From the human T2T-CHM13v2.0 reference genome, Homo sapiens: a stretch of DNA of 64,000 nucleotides. The stretch lies in the NCBI RefSeq assembly GCF_009914755.1, contig NC_060927.1. One strand, given 5' to 3'. The position numbers and the translations under genes are program-made. Under the pieces are notes generated by a model. It had not been told where the DNA came from and did not search any database. It worked only from the letters and a program-made list of their open reading frames with translations. The first letter of the stretch is position 1. Each line of letters begins with the position of its first letter. Below are positions 20,130 through 34,975 of the stretch, one piece after another.

Positions 20130-21359
20130 CCTGTGCCCACTGTCTGGCAATCCCTAGTGAGATGAACTCAGTACCTCAGATGGAAATGCAGAAATCACCC
20201 GTCTTCTGCATTGCTCACGCTGGGAGCTGTAGACCAGAGCTGTTCCTATTCGGCCATCTTGGCTCCTCCTCTCCCAGCTTCTTTCATGACTGGCATTGAG
20301 TATCTGTGGCTTTTCCAGGTGCACAATGCAAGCTGTCGGTGGATCTACCATTGCGGGGTCTGGAGGACAATGGTCCTCTTCTCACAGCTCCACCAGGCAG
20401 TGCCCTAGTGGGGACTATGTGTGGGGGGACCAACCCCACATTTTCCTTCTGCACTGCCCCAGCAGACATTCTCCATGAGGGCCTCGCCCCTGCAGCAGGC
20501 TTCTGCCTGGATATCCAGGCATTTGCATACATCCTTCAAAATCTAGGCAGAAGTTCTCAAACCACAATTCTTGACTGCTGTGTACCCACAGACTCAACAT
20601 CACATGGAAGCTGCCAAAGCTTGGGGTTTGCACCCTCTGAAGCCACGGCCCAAGCTGTACCTTGGCCCCTTTCAGCCATAGCTGGAGAGGCTGGAACACA
20701 GGGCACCAAGTCCCTAGGGTGCAAACAGCCAGCCCACAAAACCATTTTTTCTTCCCAGGCCTCTGGGCCTGTGATGGGAGAGGCTGCCATGAAGGTCTCT
20801 GACATACTCTGGAGATATTTTCCCCATTGTCTTGGTATTAACATCTGGCTCCTCATTGCTTATGCAAATTTCTGCAGCAGGCTTGAATTTCTCCCCAGAA
20901 AATTTGTTTTTTCTTTTCTATCGCATCATCAAGCTGCAAATTTTCCAAATCTTTATCCTCTGCTTCCTCTTGAACACTTTGCCACTTAGAAATTTCTTCC
21001 ACCAGATACCCTAAATCATCTCTCTTAAGTTCAAAGTTCCACAAATCTCTAGGGCAGGGGCAAAATGTGCCAGTCTCTTTGCTGAAACATAGCAAGAGTG
21101 ACCTTTATTCCAGTTTCCAACAAGTTCCTGATCTCCATCTGAGACCACCTCAGCCTGGACTTCATTATCCATATTACTATCAGCATTTTGGTCAAAGCCA
21201 TTCAACAAGTCTCTAGGAAGTTCCAAGCTTTCCCACATTTTCCTGTCTTTCTCTGAGCCCTCCAAACTGTTCCCACCTCTGCCTGTTTCCCAGTTCCAAA
21301 GTCGCTTCCACATTTTCAGGTATTTTCATAGCAGCACCCCAGTACCAGTACCAACTTAC

Positions 21360-21733
21360 TGTATTAGTCTGTTCCCATGCTGCTAATAAGACATACCCAA
21401 GGCTGGGTAATAAATAAAGGCAAGAGGTTTAATTGACTCACAGTTCAGCATGGCTGGGGAGGCCTCATAAAACTTACCATCATGGCGGAATGGGAAGCAA
21501 ACATGTCTTTCTTCACATGGTGGCAGCAGGGAGAAGTATAAGTGAAACAGGGAGAAGCCTCTTACAAAACCATCAGATCCTGTGAGAACTCACTCACTGT
21601 CACAAGAACAGCATGAGGGTAACCGCCCCCATGATTCACTTACCTCCCACTGGGTACCTCCCACAACATGTGGGGATTATGGAAACTACAATTCAAGATG
21701 AGATTTGGGTGAGGACACAGCCAAACCATATCA
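21360..21733 (-). mobile_element. THE1D 5' LTR
   Basis: Second LTR copy with the same orientation and termini. Confidence 0.9.
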
Positions 21734-21899
21734 CCAGGAAAAGTAAATGGCAAATCTAGGATTCAAAGCTCAGTCTATGTGTCCATACCAAGATTTTTCT
21801 GTTCTGCTATCATGTGCCCAGACCAGAATTAACAAAGGAAAAATATTGAAAATTCCATTCTAAATAATAAAACAATATTCTATAATATAAAATACATAA

Positions 21900-22400
21900 T
21901 TTATTTAACTGTATTGATTTTTAGCTTGTTTCCATATCTTTACTCCTATAAATAGAACTGTAGTAAACATTTTCTATATTATTTACCTTATTTCTGATTA
22001 GTTCCTTATCTGAATTCCTAGAAGCATCAAATAATATAAATATTTTTAAAACTCTGGGTATATAATGTCAATTTATTTTCCAGTAAGTCTGTGCCATTTA
22101 TACTCTCACTTAACCCAACCAACATTAAATATATTTTCATCTTGGCTGATTTGATAACTGAAATTTTAATTTCATAGATTAATTTGCATTTCCTTTCATT
22201 ACTAATGAGATTGAAGGCTTTCTAATATGTTTATTAGCTTTTTAATATCTTCTTTTGTAAATTTAATTGGCTATTTTCCTATATGGTGTTAGTATTTTTT
22301 TCTTGGTGATTTGTAAGAGCTCTTTATATTGGAAGGATACTAAGACTGTTTTTTAATTCTTGCAAACAACTTTTCCCAGAGTGTATTCCACATTCAGTTT
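21900..22400 (-). mobile_element. Ancient L1M (L1ME/L1MC-like) fragment
   Basis: Degenerate antisense ORF2 3' motifs (taatttgcatttcctttcattactaatgagattgaag, gatttgtaagagctctttatatt). Confidence 0.7.
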
Positions 22401-22444
22401 TCCAACTTTCTGTTGTAAAAATATAATAAATACAAGAGGGTATG

Positions 22445-22935
22445 CTCCAGCTATCTTTGCTGCATAATAAACCACATCAGAGTTTAGCAGCATAAAACAA
22501 CAAACATTTTATATTACAATTTTAGTAGTCAGGAATTGAGGTAGGTCTAGAAGCTTTTTCTGCTCTCATGACTTACTCATCTGGCAACTGGTTAATTGAA
22601 GAGCCCAACATGGTTTTACTCACATGTTTAGTACCCTGGCAGTGATAAAAGGAAGGCTGAGATTTGCTGGCATTGTCAACAGGAGTGCCTACAAATGGCT
22701 TCTCCTGCGTAGTGGTCTCTAGGTAGCCAGACTTCTCACTTGGAGACTCAGGGCTCCAAAAAACAATGTTCCAGCAAAAAAGGTCAGCCTCACGGCCTTT
22801 TGTGATCCTGCTGCAGAAGTTACATAATGCCTGCTCCACTGTGCTCAATTGGTCAGTTCATAAGCTCTCCCAGATTCAATGGGAGAGAACACAGAGGAGA
22901 AACAAAGAATCTGGCCATGTTTTAAAACCTCCATA
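22445..22935 (-). mobile_element. MLT1 (MaLR) solo LTR, degenerate
   Basis: ctatctttgctgcataataaaccac...gtcaggaatt...ctcagggctcca...cagaagttacataatg...cagattcaatgggag...tggccatgttttaaaacc. Confidence 0.65.
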
Positions 22936-24585
22936 AGGTATAACATTTTTTAAGGAATAAAGCAAACTCCCCTTCACCTTTTAATTTTGTTCATGATATT
23001 TTCACCTGCAACTGGTTTTTAAGTATTTATATATGCTTATCTATCTTTTGGTTTCTTTCATTGCTTCATAATTCATTTTTAAAAATTATTTTTAAGCATC
23101 TGTCTACAACATCAAGGACATTACCAATTAATATATTTAGAACAATAATTTTTTGATCTTCAAATACTTTAAGTACTAAGTATTGTAGTTGCATTAATTT
23201 AATTTGATTCTTAATTCTTTTCATCCTTAGATTTCCATCAGTGACATATTTGAAAATTCACTTTATAAATGCAGGTCAGACCATACATTTAATTATACAG
23301 CTGCTGTGTGGAGAAGAAAAAACAAATCTAACTAAATAATTCTTGCTTAGTACTGTGCCAAATTTCTGGCTCATTCTTCAAAAATTAACTGAAATACAAT
23401 GAGTTACACATTGCCTGTGTAGCTAATGGTTCCCTTTAGTTCCTGCAATGGTGCTTGAATATTAAATAATTTGATTCATTTCATAAACAGTAATTGTAGC
23501 ACTCTTTCTCACAGTATTATGAATAACAAAGTAAAAAAGTGTCATCACATTAATAGCAACAAAAATGTCTTTTAATTAGAAATTATTTTAAAGGACATTC
23601 TTCTGGATCATAGAGAGAAAAGAACCTCTTTTAAAAATATGTGGTAAGCACTCAATGTTAAATGATCCTTAGTCTCAGGGTTGAAAAACGGCAATTTAGG
23701 CATCTTCACTGTTTTTTCTCTGCTTCCACTATTGCATTTCAAAAAGCAGTTTCATCAGCTACCAAGGTGTGGGTCTGGGAAAGTTGTTCAAAGAGAGTTA
23801 AACTGAATAAGATACATGACATGTACATAACAGTGATCTTCAGCATTTGTATTATGCTATGTATCTTCCCCTTGTTTTATTTTCACCATAACTAGAAAGA
23901 AAAAAAATGAATTTTTAGAAGAAGAAGAAAAATTGAAAAAAATCTTATTGTCTAATGCAGTTCAGCACCATGAGGGAAGAGTGGAATCTAATTCATTTCT
24001 TCAACATTGTATCCCCAACACTAAGCATTATACTTTGCACATAGTAGGTGCTCAATAAATATTTATTGAAGAATGATATAAGAGAGGCACAAAAATTACT
24101 TATAGGCCTTTTCCTGATATCCAGTCTGAATCTGGAGAGTTTTTTTCATGGAAGCAATTACCTTTGTTGTATATCTCCTTTCATATCTGTCTGTATTTCC
24201 TGCCAGTCTTCTGCAAGATGTCATACTACATGAGAGTGGACTAGAAAGTCAAGCTCTTGAGTCCATTTACTATCACTAAACTTTATTACTAAAGATAATT
24301 TGAAATCCCATGGCTTTCCAGAGGCAAAGTTTCTCAAATCACCTATGGCTAAACCAAAGTTTATGTCTAAATATCTACAAGTTGAGCCAAAGTGCAGGGT
24401 GCTGCTGTATCCACCCTTCAGGCCTGAACACACATTGTGTAGCCTCTGTAGGGAAAGCCACATGTCAGAGCCTGGGCCTTGTACTTTAGGAACATTACTG
24501 CTTTTTTACAGTCATTTCGCAGATAGAAGACATTCAAGTACTTCCTCATTTTGTGTTGAGTACCAAATACAGAGAAAATCTAGAA

Positions 24586-24793
24586 CTACACTCTCTAATA
24601 TTAGAGCCACTATCCACAGGTAAATTAATTAACTCAAATTACTTAAAATTAAGTAAAACTAAAAATTAAGTTCCTCCATCACACTAGCCATATTTCAAGT
24701 GCTCAGTAGCACACTTGACTAGTAGCCACCATACTGAATAGTGTAAAGATGGAAAATTTTCATAATTACAGAAAGTTTTATTGGACAGTACTA
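24586..24793 (-). mobile_element. MER3 (hAT-Charlie) DNA transposon fossil
   Basis: cactagccatatttcaagtgctcagtagc...cagaaagttttattggacagtact. Approximate 8-bp TSD (a/c)tctagaa on both sides. Confidence 0.85.
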
Positions 24794-24944
24794 CTCTAGA
24801 ATATACCACTTAAATCACATTTCAAACTTACTAAATTTGATACCCAGTTCTGCATTTATAACAAATACTGGCTTTCAAACTGATGTATTTATCTAAATGA
24901 CTGAAGTTGTTCCTCTTAAAATATTTTTTGAACAGCAAATGTAG

Positions 24945-25250
<306 letters not shown>

Positions 25251-25919
25251 GATATTTCTTAAACAAGTTCCTGTGAAACACACGAAAATAAAATAGAGAG
25301 TATCTATTACCCAAAACAGAGTTAAATTTCTGAAATACATTTTAATTGGAGACAAGTCCCATATGCTTTGTAAAAAGTCTAGGGTAGAGAGAACTTACAA
25401 AGTTTATTCAACTAGTTAAATTGTGCCAAAAACTCATATGAAAACATAAAAGTGTCACCATATTAAAGCCCCATCACAAGTGATTTGATAAATAACCAAG
25501 AATAATTTATAACTCAAATACTGCTATATGTAAATTGACAGGAAATGTATTGTTTAAAAAGTTGACCCTTCTTAAGTAAAATTAACTTTTTTCCCTGAGG
25601 TATTATTAATATTTCTTCATAAATTTGCATTATCTATGGCAAATGCCCAAAGTCTTTCCAATTATCTCCAATATGTATTAATGGAAATTGAACTGGTGAG
25701 AACTTACCATATAATATAACCATGAAAAGCAATAAAGATATACAATTTGTTGTTTATTTGAACAAAAACTACATATAGTATAGCAGAAAAATAAACTAAT
25801 AGCATTTTATGTATTTATACATTCCTATTATGCAAGTTCTCCTATGATCCAGAATAATACACTTTGATAATGCACTTTTAATTGCCTTGAGTAAAAGTAT
25901 CCTCTTTTTTCTACTTTAG

Positions 25920-26044
25920 AAGCTGTTGTGAAGGCAGAGCAGCATCTGCTGAAGAGACAGAAACCAGCCCCAGAGGTGTCACAGGAAGGCACCAGCAAGG
26001 ACATTGGTCTTTGATTTGATTCAGCAGTCCTGTCAAGTATAAAT
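25920..26044 (+). ncRNA. Probable non-coding internal exon (5'UTR or lncRNA) of an unidentified + strand gene
   Basis: Polypyrimidine tract and acceptor cctcttttttctactttAG|aag, consensus donor AT|GTAAGT, 125 nt, GC- and purine-rich relative to flanks, non-repetitive, stop codons in all three frames. Confidence 0.65.
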
Positions 26045-29009
26045 GTAAGTGTGAGGAGCAACAGAGGGCAGGGCAGTGGTCTGGGTGGTCCACAGGTAAA
26101 GCCGCAGATCGCTGTCCAGGAGCACAAGGGCCCTTGGCAGATGCTCAGTGTCTAGCCTGCCTGCATGTCCTGACTCCCATCCCTATCCCCATCGTTGCAA
26201 AAGCCTTGAGAACATTGCTACTAATATTAGGTTTTCAAATCCCCTGTAGTAAAATACATGTGCAGAGTGTGATCCTAGCTGATTTTTAAGTCTAGGCATG
26301 TTGAATAGAGTCTTAAAATAATCATTTCCATAGAACTTGACTAGGTATCCAAATGTTCACCAGATGCTAGGAGTTAGATTTTGCAGAGGAAAATTGTGAA
26401 CTTAAGCTTCTTTTCATGATTCAGCAGAGGGTTTTAAGTAATAAAAGATCTGGAGATTTGTAACATAAATAATTCCAGTGCAAATGGGAAAATTAAAATA
26501 ATCTTATCATCTCTCAGTCATGTCTATATATGTTTTTATACCATTATCATATTTCTCTTAATTGGGGCAACTTTTTTTCTGGCTGATATTTTATAGTTTT
26601 AAGTTATGAGCTGTAATGAAGAAATGATTCCTTTCAGACGACTGAAGTGATATGTACTAAATTTTCCTAAAAACAATCTAGGATGAATGAAACAGAGCAT
26701 GATATGATGGAAATGGTTTTCTTTGTATGTGGTATTGAATATACTCACAGCAAAAAATAATAACAGCATGCCAGAATCCCTTTTATTCCTTAATTGATCT
26801 CTCAGCAGAAGCAATAAAAACATAAAGTACATCATTAACTTTCAAACCTTGATGGAAAAAAAAAAAACCACAACATACCGTCCATTTCTGACAAGTAGAC
26901 ATTATCTCATAGTATCCACAGCCATCCTATGCTTATTACTATTGCCTGGTCTTAAGTGTGACTTTTGGACACACGACTCAATATTTCCTGATATATAATA
27001 GTACAATGGTTTTTATAGTCTATTTAATTTTATTTCATAATTAAAAGAATGAATTGCTAAGATTCCCCAGATTTTTCTTGTTCTTTTTGGGACAGGGTGG
27101 ACACCTGAACGAAAGGAAAAGCACAGCATTTAGCCCTATCATTAATCCCTCATTGACTGCATCCTGTCTAGAATGCATCCATTTAGAGTTCCTGGAGAAA
27201 TGCAAATACATTAATGATTTTACTAAGGCATTACATTTTTAATATAGGTACCACTAATTATTTTGGCTGGATTCCATCAAAGCCAGATGTTCTCCAAATG
27301 AAATATTTATAATGCAAACCCAGGGAATAAAAAAATACATGCTCATTGAAGCAGCAGATTATAGGACTCGTGGATATTAGAAAAACTGAGGAAAGAGGCA
27401 TGATGTGGGTAACAGCCATAATGTCAGAGTAAGCCTCTGAACTCAACCCAGAGAAACTTTGTAATTGTTGCAACCAGTGATAGGCTCGGCTTCTGGATTT
27501 CTTGTAACAAAATCTTACTGCCAAGGGCATTGATGAGCTCTCCCAGTAAAAAAAGTATAATAATAATGTTAAACTAAATCATAAAAATGCAGAAGGTGGT
27601 TATTAAAGGGCAGAGGAGAGAAATTGCTTGTAAAGTTCTGGTGGAAATATCAAAAATACATTTTATTGAACTTTTAAGAAATTAAGCTCTTTGTTTTTAA
27701 ACTAGGGTGCAAAAGCAATAAAACTTAAAGGCCATTCAATAAACTATTTCATTCAATGGTCAACAGCAATGATTCAGCAGTAAAAATAAAAATCACATTT
27801 ATTCAACATGGTCATCAATTCAGGCAGGCCTGAAGCTTACAAATGATAAGTTTGTCAGTGAAAATAACCAGCTGAAAGTATTTTTAAATGAATTTTGATT
27901 GAAAAAATAATAAAGAATTTTTTGAATGTACACCTTTTTCTTAGTGAAAATGGACTTGGTTTAACTTGACATAGTATAAAACTCTTAATGTTTTATGTAG
28001 TTTATTAAGTTCTATGAAGAAATGTATTTGAAACAAATGTAGATAATGACCAAAAAAGCTTAAATATGAACACCATGATAGGCATACAATTAAGAAAATG
28101 GAAATAGATCATGATAACTAATCTTTTGCATGCCCTCCAAAAGCACAGAATGTAACTTTTTAAATTATTTTTAATAATCTAGAGTTTTCTTTCTGATCCT
28201 TTTACCTTCCAAAAATATAGATTCCTGAATGATAGAACATAGACATTTTGGTAGACAGATTATATATTTTCCTCAAGTTAAATAACATATACCTCTAAGC
28301 AACAATCATCATAAAAACAAGCTTTTTGCTCATTAAGATACCTAATGTGCCTTACACATAGTATGTACTAAATAATATGGGTTGAACTGAATTATTCCCA
28401 TTTTTTGTTCAGCTATTAATGTGTCTCTTGGATTTACACTAGAGAGGTGGTGTCCCACACATGGGAATTAATGAGCTACATCTGTAACCAAAAATATCCA
28501 CGGAAAACCTGTTGAATTGATCCATATCTGTTTTATTAATCAAGCCCACTACGGAAGGGCTTTCTTGTGGTTGTACTACACTTTGGAAATAAATAGAGTG
28601 GGGAAACCACAGTTCATTTTAAAAGTTGTTTGAAACTTTGAAGAACACGGGATTTTATATTATACGACAGCAATAAACTCCAATTTTTGATGACTGTAAT
28701 TCTGAGTATATAAGTATATAAATATTCTGTACATATAATTTTACTGCAGAACATTATGACTGTGGCCAAGAAGACCCTTACTGTTCAATATGGAATTTAC
28801 TTGTTACTGCCACTGTCTTCCTTCCTCAATTTTTTAAAATAAAAAGACTTTTAAAAATAAAAAGAAATTTTAAAACTAGCTTGGTATGAATAGCCTTTAG
28901 CTGAAGCAGATGGCTGGAAGTCAGAAGCCCCAGATTCTATCCTTCATTCTCCTACCAACTTGGAATGTGGCCTTGGGCAAGTCATGAGAGTAAATCTACA
29001 ACAAAAGAG

Positions 29010-29240
29010 CTAATAATGCTTTACATGTGTATGGTGTTTTATGATCTAACAGAGCACTTTCACATACAATATCTTATTTAATCTTCCCCGCAGCTTCCTG
29101 AAAAGAGTATGGCAGTTATTAACGATCCCCATTATAAAGAGGAGGAATTTGAGACCCAGTGAAACTAAATCACTTTTTCAAGTCAGGAACAGTCATAGTC
29201 TAAGATTCCCGGCTGGTCTTTGTCTTTCCTCTACACCACA
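29010..29240 (-). mobile_element. MIR
   Basis: gagcactttcacatacaatatcttatttaatctt...ccccattataaagaggaggaatttgagaccc. Confidence 0.75.
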
Positions 29241-29289
29241 TTGCCACCCTCTGGCACCTCCAATGGTGGCAAAGCAGGAATGACTATAG

Positions 29290-29642
29290 CTGCACTGTTC
29301 AATATGATAGCCACTAACCACATTCTGGTACTGAGCATATGAAATGTGGCTAGTCCCAATTGAGATGTGCTGTGAGTGTGAAATATACACCAAATTTCTA
29401 AGACTTGGAATGAAAAACAGAATGTAAAATGTCTCATCAATACTTTATATATTGATTGCATGTTGAAATGATATTTTTAATATTTTGAGTTAAATAAAAG
29501 TAATAAGTATAAATATATTAATAAATATTACCAAATATGGTTTAATAAAATTAATTTCACCTGTTTCTTTTTACTTATTAATATGATAATAAAAAACATA
29601 AAGTTGATATTTGACTCACATTGTCCCTATGCGACAGCACTG
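29290..29642 (+). mobile_element. MER33 (hAT-Charlie) DNA transposon fossil
   Basis: ctgcactgttcaatatgatagccactaaccac...gaaatgtggctagtcccaattgagatgtgctgtgagtgtgaaatatacacc...ttcacctgtttctttttac...gacagcactg. Strand uncertain. Confidence 0.85.
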
Positions 29643-31014
29643 ACCAGAGGATTCCACTGTTCAGAGCCCACATACTAATTTCACAGTACTGGACTTGTTT
29701 ATGTACCTGGCTTGATGTAGCTGATACAAATTCCCTAAGATGCTGTCAAATAGAGGGCAAGGTAGATTAGCAGCAATGATTTGGGCATTCTCACACATCT
29801 TCCACATGCAGGAAAAAATCTGGCTTCATTAGTTGATGCCCCAAATTGCTCATTCATTAAAAGGGTCCATTTTATACCGTTGAATACTTGAGAGACTTCG
29901 AAGTAAAAGTGCTATGGCAAGAACTATAAATTAGTATGGCTCTATAGCACTCTTTATTTTCAAATATGTTCCCATTAAACATTATGAATGAATGAGACAT
30001 TAAACTGTTAGGCTGATATATACTATGTAAAATAATAATTATATATAACTTTGTTGTACAGTATGTTTTATTCTACCTACAAAGTCATTAAGATATTTTA
30101 CATACAATCCCTAAATAAATAGCTTATTTCTGTTATGGAACAATCTAACTGAAAGTCCTCAGGAAAAATGAGTTCTTATTTAGAAGAAAAAATATGTATA
30201 GTAAAAAATAGCTCAGATAACTAAAAACTAGCATCTATTTGGCAGTTATTATGTGGGCTCAAGTACCATGCTAAGAGTTACACCAAGGTTCTCTCACTTC
30301 ATCTTTACAGGGCTTTGAAAATCAGCAAGAGGGAACAGAACCAAAGGTCTTAACCACTACTGCTTCTTATTTCAAAGCAATTTAAAATCATAACTCAACC
30401 TATCATGACAGTGTAAGAATATTTGGAATTGATTTTATTTTATTCATTTAAGCTCCACAAGCATCTACCTAGAAAATGCAATGGATCAGGAACAGTTCTA
30501 GACACTGAGGGAATATTGAGCAGTAAGACCAGAGCTCTACTCTCAAAGAGAACACTGATTGATAGGTTTATGAACATGCTTTTGAAAAATGCATACTTAT
30601 GACTAAATAGAAGGGGAGTCACTATTCATGTTCTAAAGGGTTTCTTTATGTTCCAATAGAAATCTTTATAGTGCTATTCCTGTTTGTTAAAATTTACCTA
30701 TTGTTCATAAAGCAAAGGTCTTATGTAAAAAAAAATTAAAAAATAAACTACATAGTTTGAATTTCAGAGGTTTGCTTTCCTCCATTATACTCACTTGGAA
30801 GAAGAGGTGCTGAAATTACCATAAATATTTTCTAGAACAAGGAGAGATGAAAGCAAACAAACAAAAGGAACCTAAATCAAAATGGCTCTAAGAAAATCAC
30901 AAAATAATGAAAACTAAAGAGTTTTATAAACTTTTATACAATAATAGTGATAAGTTATCTTTGAAGGTAGAGATTTAAAATTATGCATGAGTTAACTATA
31001 TATTAATTGTTTAA

Positions 31015-31492
<478 letters not shown>

Positions 31493-32299
31493 TAAATTTT
31501 TCAAAAAAACATATATTGCTTTTATAATTGGTAAACAGAAAAAATATTGTAATTGACTCCAAAATCGATAGGTGATAAAGACAAAATTGTCCAGGGGGAG
31601 TAAAATGCAAATTTTGCTCTCAATCACAAAATTTTTAAAAAATAATAATAAATGTAATAGGTTCTTCCTTCCAGGTGTTATTGCCCTTTCTTTGATTCAA
31701 GATAAAGCAACCTGTAGGCTATTCAACTTCTCTAGACAAGAAAGGTTAAAAATTGGATTGAATTTTCAAGATTTTCTTGAGAAAGCATTTCACCTGCAGC
31801 TATGAACATGAGTGTAAAGATCAAAGTTGTAATACGGGCTGGTAAAGCTGAAAGTTGTTATTGTGGCAATCAGAAAAGTAGAGCATCATTAAAGTGTACC
31901 TCTTTCACCTTAAAACATAAACTGGCCATCAATCATTTCTAATGGCATCTACTTAAAACTGGCCTTATGATTGGCTCCTAAGTGTGTAAAATGTCAGGTG
32001 GAAATACATAAACACATCTTTGAGCTGGATAGAGTCTCAGTGATCCTAAAAAGTGAAATATAGAGCTATTTTAGAGATGCCATTTAAAAATTTATGGAGA
32101 GAGATTTGGTCTTATAATTTCTTTCATGAATACTAAAATTTTACTACAAAGAAAATTCAGAAATGAGTTATTTGTGCCATTTAATCATTAAATCATAAAT
32201 CCACAGACCATTAGAGCTGGAAGGGGCCTTCTAGATTACCTCCTCCAATGCCAATATTTTGCAGATGAGAAAGTAGGAACAGAAAATTTATTTTCTCAG

Positions 32300-32602
<303 letters not shown>

Positions 32603-33239
32603 TCAGGAAAAAGTAAAATCACTCAAAAATATCTTAAAGAATCCAGAAACATCTTGAATCTTACTGACGAAAAATTAGGTATTTTGAATCCTACTAGAAC
32701 TTTAATTATAACTCGAATTTTTAGTTTGGTTGTGGGCAGTCCTACGCAATGAAGGAAAGACGCTAACAGTGACTGTGGAAAGCACATTCACAATGAACAC
32801 TTATAAAGTTAAAACTAAAAATAAAACAGACCAATGATTTCAGACCAGGTTATTCATTCATTACTCAGCTTCCTTTCTTTAGTGAGTCAAGCAATTGAAA
32901 TGAGCGTTCTTAGCCACTTTTAAGACACAATTCTTCTATTATCATGAAAAATTGGCTACTTCTAAAGTTGCTGATATGCTGAAGAATAATGGGACATTCA
33001 TTCTTTGAGTTAAAAAATCCAAATTATTGCCAAAATCCTCCTGATTTAATGCATTTATGAAAATATGCTTATAATAAAATTATATATATTAAGAATATAC
33101 TCCTCATCCCCTGCAAATAGATACTTACTTTGCATTATGGACATCCTGGAAGAAGTAAACATGAAAGCTCTTTTTCTAAGTTTAATGTTGATCTAAGAAA
33201 TGGAAAATAGTAACACTTGGTTTTAAGGAAACTAGCACA

Positions 33240-33400
33240 GTGTGGACATGTTCATTGTCATCTGTAAAGTAGAAATAAGAGTAGACTCTTGCAAAATCAT
33301 TTAAGAATTAAATCAATAATAGATATAAAATGGTTAGTACAGGGTTTGGTCATAGTTAACATTTAATAAGTCCCAGCTATTAGTAGTAGTGGTAGTAATA
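33240..33400 (+). mobile_element. MIR fragment
   Basis: catctgtaaagtagaaataagagta...aagaattaaat...ggttagtacagggtttggtcatagttaac. Confidence 0.6.
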
Positions 33401-33939
33401 TTATTATTATTTATAACATGATCACTCTTCCACTACTCCCTTCCCTTCAAGCAAAACTCTTGTGATTCCCCTACACTATTTTATGGCTCCATGTGCTTGT
33501 ATATTCTGATCCCTCTCCCCAAATGCCCTATCCTGACTTCTATATCTGCTGAACTCCTACTTATCACCCAAGGTCAGCTCCAAAGTTTTTTCCTCTTACC
33601 TGCGTTACCTAATCCCTGATTGCACTCACCTATTTCCCATGGTTCTCTGCATATATCCCTCTCCTATCAATTGAGATGAGGACTTTTACTTGATTCTCCC
33701 TCACGCCCCCCACATGCCCCCCCACACACACATGCATGTACACATATGCACACACTCTGGACTACAGTGAATTCATCATACTCAATTTTGTATCATCATA
33801 GAAATGTCTATTGAAATGAACAAACTCCCGCATAAATAAATGACTTTTTAATTTCATGAGTAGGTATCAGGCTAGAATGTGCACCTAGTGGCCTCAGTTT
33901 AGAGGGGGAGAAGGGGAGATGGGTATATGAGGAAAGCTG

Positions 33940-34100
33940 GGACATGCAACTCACCAGCCCTGGAGCCCGGCTCTGCCACATGCCTACTGCTATGACTTGT
34001 GGTAAATCATTTAACTTCCCTGGACCTCAGTTTTCCTTCTCAGCAAAATGGGAGGACTGGGCAAAATGTTATCTGAGGACCCTTCCAGCACCAACCTTTA
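33940..34100 (+). mobile_element. MIR/MIR3 fragment
   Basis: ggctctgccac...ggtaaatcatttaacttccctggacctcagttttcc...caaaatggg...cccttccagc. Confidence 0.75.
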
Positions 34101-34127
34101 TATATGATGCTATGCACTGGTTTATCT

Positions 34128-34284
34128 CAATGGTTCTCAAACTTTAGCAGACATCAGAATCATCTGGAAGGCTTATTAAAATACTGGTCAGCAGATCTGA
34201 TGGGGCCCAAGAACTTGCATTTTTAACAAATTGCCAGATGATGGTGAGGCTACTGGCAGGGGGACCACACTTTAAGAACCACTA
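34128..34284. mobile_element. MER5A-family DNA transposon fossil
   Basis: Terminal inverted repeats caatggttctcaaa / tttaagaaccacta. Internal catcagaatcatctggaaggctt and ggggcccaagaacttgcattttt. Confidence 0.85.
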
Positions 34285-34769
34285 ACTGATCTTCTTGACA
34301 CAGGATCCTGACCCTGTCCTGTTGTTATCTGGTGAAAGGCACTCCTGATATGATAAGATGCAGGCAAGTAAACCCACACTTCTGTGAGGCTGCCATCACA
34401 AGGACTAGGTGCCTATGGGTGAGCCCCAAGGGTGACCACAGAATGAAAGCTTTGCTGACTGGAGTTTTGTTAAAGGCTCACTTTGTGGGAAAGAAACTGC
34501 CTGACTTCTCAATGCTATAGGGTATAGAAAACACTGACGCCAGGGTTGGACCCATCAGTTAGTACCGCTGCAGCTGAAGTCACATGGATCACAATTGCCA
34601 TCTAGTGATGACTTTGAATTACTGCATCAAGAGACTACAGAATGAAATGCTGCTTTTTCATTTAGAAACTGCTTTTTTTTTACACAAAACTATGTTCAAA
34701 ATGAGATCCCTTAAGGATAAAGTCTAATGTGCTCCGGTCTTATCTACATTTGTATCTCAGTACTATGAA

Positions 34770-34975
34770 AATAAATACATATATAGTACTTACTATGTGC
34801 TAGGCATGGTTCTATGCTTTATATATGTTCAATTATTCACAGCAAACCCATGAGATAATACAAATTTTCCCAGTTTGGAGACAAGAAATAAAACTACAAA
34901 TGTACAAAGCAATGAAAAGACTTGCTTGAGGTTGCCCAGTCAGTAAAATGGTAGAGCTTGGACTGAACCTAGACA
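34770..34975 (-). mobile_element. MIR
   Basis: tacttactatgtgctaggcatggttcta...gacttgcttgaggttgcccagtcagtaaaatggtagagcttgg. Confidence 0.75.

Noticed and set aside
20284-21313. Overlapping ORFs of up to 227 aa
   Set aside because: They lie in degenerate THE1D internal sequence, with no recognisable intact protein.
25920-26044. Assigning a gene symbol to the orphan exon
   Set aside because: I could not confidently match it to any known transcript from memory, and no CpG-island promoter or coding exon in the window anchors an identity.
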